DNA of 64,000 nucleotides from Candidatus Latescibacterota bacterium (GTDB lineage Bacteria; Latescibacterota; UBA2968; UBA8231): NCBI GenBank assembly GCA_965261395.1, contig OZ253462.1, positions 6,485,485 to 6,549,484 of the forward strand, read 5' to 3'. Shown piece by piece: positions 57,687 to 64,000 of this stretch (position 1 is its first letter; each line of letters starts with the position of its first letter). The notes under the pieces were generated by a model. It saw only the letters and a program-made list of their open reading frames with translations, ran no database searches and was not told where the DNA came from. The position numbers and the translations under genes were made by a program.

Positions 57687-58196
57687 ATGTTGCGCTTCCT
57701 TATCTTTTTGTGCCTCCTCGCCGTCTGTAGCTGCTCAATCCGCTCGGCCCCGCGTTATACCGCCGACCCCAAGGATTCGGACAGCGTGGTGCGCGAGCTC
57801 AAAGAACGCCGCCGCGCCAGCCCCAGCCGTCTCGCTCGCGTCGTCGAAAGCTATCTCGGCGTACCCTACAAGTGGGGTGGCATCACCCGCGCTGGCATGG
57901 ACTGCTCGGCCTTTGCCCGCGCCATTTTCCGCCAGACTTATGGCATCGAACTGCCCCTCACCGCTAGGCAAATATACCGCGTCGGCCACCCCGTCAGCCG
58001 ACAGCAGGACCTCAAATCAGGGGACCTGGTTTTCTTTAGGAATACCTTCTCAGGATCGGGCGTCTCCCACGTTGGGATTTATCTCGGCCAGGGGCGCTTC
58101 GCCCATGTGGGCGTGAGTACCGGCGCGACCATCACCCCGCTCGACCACCCCTATTTCCACCGCCGCTATGCCGGCGCTCGGCGCGTCGAGCGCTGA
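57687..58196 (+). CDS. NlpC/P60 (C40) peptidase lipoprotein
   Basis: LGVPYKWGG...DCSAF...GDLVFF...HVGIYLG. Confidence 0.9.
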   Translation: MLRFLIFLCLLAVCSCSIRSAPRYTADPKDSDSVVRELKERRRASPSRLARVVESYLGVPYKWGGITRAGMDCSAFARAIFRQTYGIELPLTARQIYRVGHPVSRQQDLKSGDLVFFRNTFSGSGVSHVGIYLGQGRFAHVGVSTGATITPLDHPYFHRRYAGARRVER

Positions 58197-58197
58197 C

Positions 58198-59517
58198 GTG
58201 TCCATCCGCCTGCTGCTACTCGCCATTGCCATTGAAGCGTGCTGCTGCTATCTGGTCTCTCTCGGCGATCTCCAGCGCCAGATCGGAGCGCTGTGGGCCG
58301 GCGTCTTTCCAGCTTTTATCTGCTGCGTACTCGCAGCCTATCTCGTCCTGCGCCAAGGTGCGCCCCCCGGACGACCACACCTGATCCTCGGAGCCGCCCT
58401 CGTCTTCCGCCTGACGCTGTGGTGGAGCCCGGCGACGCTCTCGGACGATATTTTTCGCTACGTCTGGGATGGCCGCGTCCAGCTAGCCGATATCAACCCG
58501 TACCTCTACGCGCCCTCGGCACCGCAGGTAGCGCACCTGCGTGACGCCCTCTACCACAGTGTCAACCACGCCGCCATTCCCACGATCTATCCGCCGCTAG
58601 CGCAGCTTTTCTTTCGCGCGATTTGCATGCTAAGCGCGACGCCAGCCGCATTCAAATTGGCCCTGCTGCTCTGCGATTGGGGCCTCTGCCTGCTCTTGGC
58701 ACATAGCCTCGTCCGGCGCGGCCAAGACCCGCGCCGCGTCGTGCTCTACGCTTGGAATCCCCTGCCCCTAGTCGAAGTCGCCGGCAGCGGCCACATCGAC
58801 GCGCTGGGCGTCCTGCTCCTCTTCGCGGCCCTGTACGCACTCCACAGCCAGCGCTGGGCCGCAGCCATCTGCGCCCTCGCCGGAGCCTTTCTCGTCAAAC
58901 TGGTGCCCCTCGCGCTGCTACCCACTTTTTGGCGTCGCCCTCGCGCCGCTTGGCTCAACTTTCGCAAGCGGGGTGCCCTGCTGCTGTTTCCAACGCTGGG
59001 GCTATTGGCCTTTTGGCCTTTTGCCGACGCTGGGGGAAAACTCGCGACGGGCCTGCTGACCTACGTGCAACATTGGCACTTTAACGCGGCGGCCTACTCA
59101 TTCCTGAGTTTTGCCTTACAGCCGTGGGACGGCCATGCCTATGCACACGCTCGCTGGCTCTGCACGGCCCTGTTTGCACTCGTGGCCCTCGGCGTCCAAA
59201 TCCGCTACCGCGACCCCTACCGAGCCGCCTTCGCAACCCTCGGTGCTTATGTCTTGCTCTCGCCGACCGTGCATCCCTGGTACTTGCTTTGGGTCCTCCC
59301 GTTCCTCGCCTTTTTCCCCAGCCCCGCTTGGATACTCCTCAGCGGCTTGATCTTCCTCGCCTACGAGGTGCAGATCGGCTATGGCAGCGAAGGCGTGTGG
59401 CGCGAAAAGCCGTGGGTTTTGTGGGCGCAATACGCGCCTTTTTACTTGCTCCTAGGCGGTGCCGAACTAGCCCGTCGCCGAATGGGAGCAGGTAGCGCGT
59501 GGAGGCGAAATCGGTAA
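58198..59517 (+). CDS. GT-C fold membrane glycosyltransferase (family 87-like)
   Basis: SDDIFRYVWDG, NPY, TIYPP, YAWNPL...GH.D, TVHPWY; many TM helices; start approximate. Confidence 0.78.
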   Translation: MSIRLLLLAIAIEACCCYLVSLGDLQRQIGALWAGVFPAFICCVLAAYLVLRQGAPPGRPHLILGAALVFRLTLWWSPATLSDDIFRYVWDGRVQLADINPYLYAPSAPQVAHLRDALYHSVNHAAIPTIYPPLAQLFFRAICMLSATPAAFKLALLLCDWGLCLLLAHSLVRRGQDPRRVVLYAWNPLPLVEVAGSGHIDALGVLLLFAALYALHSQRWAAAICALAGAFLVKLVPLALLPTFWRRPRAAWLNFRKRGALLLFPTLGLLAFWPFADAGGKLATGLLTYVQHWHFNAAAYSFLSFALQPWDGHAYAHARWLCTALFALVALGVQIRYRDPYRAAFATLGAYVLLSPTVHPWYLLWVLPFLAFFPSPAWILLSGLIFLAYEVQIGYGSEGVWREKPWVLWAQYAPFYLLLGGAELARRRMGAGSAWRRNR

Positions 59518-59747
59518 AACAGACCCTTTTAACCACTGGAAACTGATAAAGTGGCTAAGACGGGCGTACCCCAACAAATCCCAAAAGTGGATTGAACGGA
59601 CTTACTTTGGTAAGTTAAAGATTGACAGACAGGACAAATGAGTTTTCGGAAATCCCATAATAGGGGACACCTGGTCCGCTTGTAAGAGCATCGCACGGGA
59701 ACAGAATGGCGATTGCTTAGTCCACAAGGATACCCCATTAGGAAAAG

Positions 59748-60335
59748 TTGCGCGTGAATTGCTCCACGAAAAACACCTTGCGCCTCGTGGCCTTTGGCTT
59801 GGGTGCGCTGTGTCTGCACGGCTGTCTAGAGTTGGTCCGCAGACCGCCAGCGGGCGAACCCTTCGGCTACGAGCAAGTCCAAGTCGCCGACACCACGGCC
59901 ACGAGCGCAGCAGCCATTCAACCCGCTCCGGTGCTAGTCGTCGTCGATCGCCCGAAGCGCTCGCGCCAGCAGTTGCAAGACATCGAGCAGGTCAACAAAT
60001 ACGCGCTCTGGTGCATTGAGAATGCCATGTGGAACGAAGCCCAATCGCACATGGAACGCGCCCTAGCGCAAGACAGCTTGTCGGCCAGCCTGCACAACAA
60101 CCTCGGGGTCATCTACGAGCGGCTCGGCATGACCGACAAAGCCGCTGAATTCTACGGCCGGGCGCGGGCCCTCAACCCTGCCCAAGAAACCTATGCAGCC
60201 AATTTGCGCCACTTGCAACAATACCAGCAGGCCAGCCTCGACTCCACAGGCTCCCTTGATATATTCAAGTTAGATGATCGCCAGACGCCGCGGACCAGAC
60301 GCCCGGACAATTCACCCACATCCACGGGAGAGTGA
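59748..60335 (+). CDS. TPR-containing lipoprotein
   Basis: LHGC lipobox; HNNLGVIYERLG...A.EFY.RA..LNP. Confidence 0.75.
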   Translation: MRVNCSTKNTLRLVAFGLGALCLHGCLELVRRPPAGEPFGYEQVQVADTTATSAAAIQPAPVLVVVDRPKRSRQQLQDIEQVNKYALWCIENAMWNEAQSHMERALAQDSLSASLHNNLGVIYERLGMTDKAAEFYGRARALNPAQETYAANLRHLQQYQQASLDSTGSLDIFKLDDRQTPRTRRPDNSPTSTGE

Positions 60336-63300
60336 ACGTGCAGGCTATAACGAGATTCCGCAGCCTCGCCTGCGCCGCCCTGCTCGCTTGGGGTGCCGCA
60401 GACCTCGGCGCCCAAGACATCCTCACCTTGCAGCTACAGCAGGGGTTCGGGAAAAACAAGGTCCGCTACCGGGACTTCCAGTGGGAGATCCTCGAAAGCG
60501 AGCACATAGAGCTTCACTTCGAGCCTGAATTCCAGAATCTGGCCGTGCAGGCGATCGAGTACCTCGAAGAGGGCTACGATCACATCAGCCAAATCCTGCA
60601 CCACGACCTCTCACATCGGCCGCCCGTCGTCATCTATCAGTCTCACTACCAGTTCCAGCAGACCAATATCTTCCCCGACTTTCTGCCACCTGGCGTCGCC
60701 GGCTTTGCCGAGCCGCTGCGCTTCCGCATGGTCGTCCCCTTTGCGGGCGATCTCGACGAGTTCCGCAATGTCCTCGTCCACGAACTGACCCATATTTTTC
60801 AGTACGACATCGTTCACAAAGGCCCCATTCGCCGCATCACTAGTCCGATCGTTCAGCCGCCCACTTGGCTCATGGAGGGCATGGCCGAATACACCACCCC
60901 GGGCCGCAACACCATCGATGAAATGGTCCTCCGCGACGCCGTGCTCACCGACGGCCTCATACCCCTCGAAACCATGAATCAAGTTTGGGGCCAAGGCAAC
61001 GTATTCCTCGCATACAAGCAGAGCCACGCGCTCATGGAATACATTGCCGAGCAGTACGGCCCCGAAAAAATCAGCCGCATCCTCCGCCTGTGGGACAACC
61101 AGCACGACACCGACAAGCTCATGGATCGCCTGATCGGCATGGACTTGAAAACCCTCGACGAGCGCTGGTCGGCCCAGATGCGCAAAACCTACTGGCCCCT
61201 CTTGCAGACGCGCGACTACACCTCTGAATTTGCCGAGAAAATAGGCGACGATGAGAATATCCACAGCTTCTCCAGCGCCTGCTGGTCGCTCAGCGGCGAC
61301 ATGCTCGCCGTCCACTCCTCAGACGGGGTCGAACAGCACGTGGACATCATCCGCCTACGCGATGCCTCGCTCGTCGAGCGCGTCACCGGGAGCATGCGTG
61401 CCGCCGACTACGATCACCTCAGCATCGGCAGCGGCACCGTGGCTTGGGCACAGGACGGCCAGACCATCGCCTTTGTCGCCAAAGAAGGTCCCCGCGACCG
61501 CATCATGCTATGGGATCTCTACGACAAGGAGCTCGTGCAGACCCAGGCCATGCCCGATATGGATCTCGTCGAGAGCCTAACCTGGGCACCCGACAGCCGC
61601 CAACTCGCCTTTATAGGCACCGGGCAGGGCCAGAGCGATCTCTACATCATTGACGTGCAGAGCGGCGAGCGGCGCCAGCTCACGGGCACGCCCGAGCGCG
61701 AAGATTATCCGAATTGGTCGCCCGACGGCCAGACCATCGCCTTTAGCACCAAGTACCGCAACCAGTTCGACATCAAAATTTACGATCTAACCGAGGATGT
61801 AGCGCACGCGGCCATATCCAGCCCCACCGACGACCTGTGGCCGCAGTGGTTGCCCGAAGGCAACAAGCTGCTCTTCGTCTCCACCCGCGACAAGATCAAC
61901 GATCTCTTCGTCTATCACCTCGACGAGGGCCGCGAATTCCGCCTGACCCGCAGCCTCAGTGGCATTATGAACCCCGCCCTCTCGCCCGACGGGCGGCAGA
62001 TCGTGTTCAACACCTATTTCAAGGGCCGCAGCCACCTCTACCGGATGGCCATGCCCGAATGGCCCGAGGTCAAGCGCAAAGACGCACAGCTACTGGCGCG
62101 CGTGGCCGAAGCAGCAGCACCAGTCGAGGTAGCACCACCAGTCGAAGCAGAGCCGCCAACTGAAGCAGAGCCACAAGCCACCGAGGCCCTAGCTATAGAG
62201 CGCCCTGTGGTAGAGGGCGACGCCGCGCGCTCCGACCAAGGCGGTATCCCAAACCTAGGGCAGGTTTCGGCCCTAAAGGATCGGGGGCTCTCGGACGACG
62301 CCGTGCTCCTAGCCGGTGCCAGCGGCCAGTTGCCCCCCACCGAATCCCAAGAGCCGCAAGCCCCCGTCCAACTCGCTGCCGAAGACGACGACGGCGAATT
62401 GGAACTGCGCCGTCGCCGCTACACCCCCAAGCTCGAATTCGACGGCATCTCCGTGCAGATGGGCTATTTTGATGGATTCTTATCGTCGGTTGCCCAACTG
62501 AGCATGAGCGACCTTTTGGGCAATCACTCGCTGATCTTGGCCACGGATTACGTGGCCGCGCAGGACATCAGCAATGACTTCAACTTTGCCGCTAGCTACA
62601 ACTACTACGGCAAGCGGCCCACATACCGCGTATCCATTTTCAATTGGAACCAGTACTTCTTCAACGACCGCAACTTCATCGTCCCAGGCCGCCCCCCGAC
62701 TCGGGGCACGAGCCGTGTCCAGCAACGCGGTGCCTTGGCCAACGCCAGCTATCCGCTCGACCTCTATCGCCGTCTCGATCTGAGCTATACCTATGTCGGC
62801 GAGCAAGAAGAACAGGTCCATCCCTTCTACGAAGCAGATTCTACTGCTACCAGTACTCATCTTTTCAAGACCGCATACGTCCACGACTCCATTACCTACG
62901 GTCTTTTGGGCGCCACCGCCGGCAAGCGCTACTTCCTCTCGGTGGGGCGCACGCTCGATCTCGGGTCGGCCACGCGCTCTTTCTCGCACCTCGAATTCGA
63001 CTATCGTCACTACTTGCGGCTAGGGCGTTGGTCGGTGCTGGGCCTGAGAGCCTATAGCGTGGGGTCTTTGGGCCGCGACGCCCTCGAATACAACCTAGGG
63101 GGCCCGACTTGGTTCCTGCCCTTCTACACGGGCTTCAACCTCAACACCGGTCCACTGCGCGGCTATCAGTTCTCGGCCTTCACCGGCAGCCGGGTCCTGC
63201 TGACCAATGCCGAGTTGCGCGTCCCCTTTGTGCGCGGCATCCTCTTTGGCTGGCCCGGAACCTTCCTGATCCCGGCGGTTGACGGCAGCCTATTTATGGA

Positions 63301-63523
63301 TGTGGGCATGGCCTGGGACAAGGGCGACGAAATCGACCTGTGGCCCTTCCGCAATCCACACGCTGCATCCATGTCCTCCCCACGGCAGGTACGCGCCAGC
63401 GTCGGCTTCGGCCTCTTAGTGTACTTCTTGCTGCCAATGAACTTTGAATTCGCCAAGCAGATGGACTTACAAGGCAACTTCTCGGACTTCAAGTTCCACT
63501 TCAGCTTTGGACGGAGCTTTTGA
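60332..63523 (+). CDS. Omp85/BamA-family barrel fused to an N-terminal zinc-peptidase-like domain and PD40/TolB-like beta-propeller
   Basis: HELTH...WLMEGMAEY; repeated WSPDG..IAF; LRGY...G.R.LL.NAELRVP...D.G.AW; terminal FSFGRSF. Confidence 0.85.
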   Translation: MNVQAITRFRSLACAALLAWGAADLGAQDILTLQLQQGFGKNKVRYRDFQWEILESEHIELHFEPEFQNLAVQAIEYLEEGYDHISQILHHDLSHRPPVVIYQSHYQFQQTNIFPDFLPPGVAGFAEPLRFRMVVPFAGDLDEFRNVLVHELTHIFQYDIVHKGPIRRITSPIVQPPTWLMEGMAEYTTPGRNTIDEMVLRDAVLTDGLIPLETMNQVWGQGNVFLAYKQSHALMEYIAEQYGPEKISRILRLWDNQHDTDKLMDRLIGMDLKTLDERWSAQMRKTYWPLLQTRDYTSEFAEKIGDDENIHSFSSACWSLSGDMLAVHSSDGVEQHVDIIRLRDASLVERVTGSMRAADYDHLSIGSGTVAWAQDGQTIAFVAKEGPRDRIMLWDLYDKELVQTQAMPDMDLVESLTWAPDSRQLAFIGTGQGQSDLYIIDVQSGERRQLTGTPEREDYPNWSPDGQTIAFSTKYRNQFDIKIYDLTEDVAHAAISSPTDDLWPQWLPEGNKLLFVSTRDKINDLFVYHLDEGREFRLTRSLSGIMNPALSPDGRQIVFNTYFKGRSHLYRMAMPEWPEVKRKDAQLLARVAEAAAPVEVAPPVEAEPPTEAEPQATEALAIERPVVEGDAARSDQGGIPNLGQVSALKDRGLSDDAVLLAGASGQLPPTESQEPQAPVQLAAEDDDGELELRRRRYTPKLEFDGISVQMGYFDGFLSSVAQLSMSDLLGNHSLILATDYVAAQDISNDFNFAASYNYYGKRPTYRVSIFNWNQYFFNDRNFIVPGRPPTRGTSRVQQRGALANASYPLDLYRRLDLSYTYVGEQEEQVHPFYEADSTATSTHLFKTAYVHDSITYGLLGATAGKRYFLSVGRTLDLGSATRSFSHLEFDYRHYLRLGRWSVLGLRAYSVGSLGRDALEYNLGGPTWFLPFYTGFNLNTGPLRGYQFSAFTGSRVLLTNAELRVPFVRGILFGWPGTFLIPAVDGSLFMDVGMAWDKGDEIDLWPFRNPHAASMSSPRQVRASVGFGLLVYFLLPMNFEFAKQMDLQGNFSDFKFHFSFGRSF

Positions 63524-64000
63524 TCCGCACTATTGCTCTTGCACTGCTTATAGGCCTAGCGGGCTGCAGCGGCCGAGGAGCTTTCACGCGCGTCGAATTT
63601 CGCGCTCCGTCGCAACCCGACCCGGTCTTGCGCCCCTTTCTCGCGGAAGTCGATCACATCGGCGTCGTTTGCGCGACCAACATCGAACCCTTCCGGGAGC
63701 TGGACATCGAGAAGGTCATGGCGCGTCTGTCCAACGCCGTGGTCCGGAGCCTCGGCAACATGCCCAAGATCGAGGTGATGAACCAAGACGAAATCACCTA
63801 CAAGCTCAAGGATATTCGCCTCGACTCGACGAGCGTCCACCAAGACTCGGTACAGGCCGTTCTCAGGAAAAAGCTCGAGCTCGACGCCTTAGTCTTCGTC
63901 GAGCTGAGGCACTTACAGGCGCGGATGATGCCCATGTCGCCCACGCCTTATGGCATGTCGCCTAACCCCGGCATAGACCTGACGATATATCTCAAGGTCA
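63520..64000 (+). CDS. lipoprotein, 3'-truncated by window edge
   Basis: TTG start overlapping the upstream TGA; MIRTIALALLIGLAGC lipobox; frame open to the end of the window. Confidence 0.7.
   Translation, partial: MIRTIALALLIGLAGCSGRGAFTRVEFRAPSQPDPVLRPFLAEVDHIGVVCATNIEPFRELDIEKVMARLSNAVVRSLGNMPKIEVMNQDEITYKLKDIRLDSTSVHQDSVQAVLRKKLELDALVFVELRHLQARMMPMSPTPYGMSPNPGIDLTIYLKV

Noticed and set aside
59518-59747. AT-richer intergenic region as a riboswitch or ncRNA
   Set aside because: Only short weak hairpins and no recognisable consensus; it would need an Rfam scan.

Overview
Bacterial chromosomal window, mostly GC-rich housekeeping and metabolic genes (gltX, DEAD-box helicase, parE/parC, rpe, oligoendopeptidase F, sigma-70 factor, arfB, rpsR, rpsU, cold-shock protein, frdABCD, sugar-acid dehydratases, Omp85 fusion). 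The FG-GAP/ASPIC-UnbV, TPR, ankyrin, PhyH and BMC genes recall Latescibacterota/Poribacteria/Gemmatimonadota-like marine lineages (inference only). Two visibly AT-richer accessory regions stand out. (1) At 10.4-22.0 kb (minus strand) is an apparently complete YcaO/TOMM azol(in)e RiPP cluster. It has two tandem-duplicated precursors with an identical run of eight contiguous Cys, one missed by the ORF track. Each is preceded by a Cys-rich upstream mini-ORF and a sigma-54-like motif (intact in copy A, degenerate in copy B). Downstream are an E1-like partner, an active and an apparently inactive SagB-type dehydrogenase, an ABC permease, a PxP-tailed YcaO, a CPBP protease, an ABC ATPase-TPR fusion, a TonB-dependent receptor and a secreted TPR paralogue. 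(2) At 34.6-42.7 kb (minus strand) is a defence island: Mrr, an MjaI-family endonuclease and an m4C methyltransferase, with a ~1699-aa nuclease-STAND (Avs-like) gene between the R and M genes. That gene is cleanly broken by a 146-bp MITE with 16-bp TIRs and a TTA target duplication. No rRNA, tRNA or CRISPR array was recognised. All family calls rest on motif recognition by eye, not database searches.
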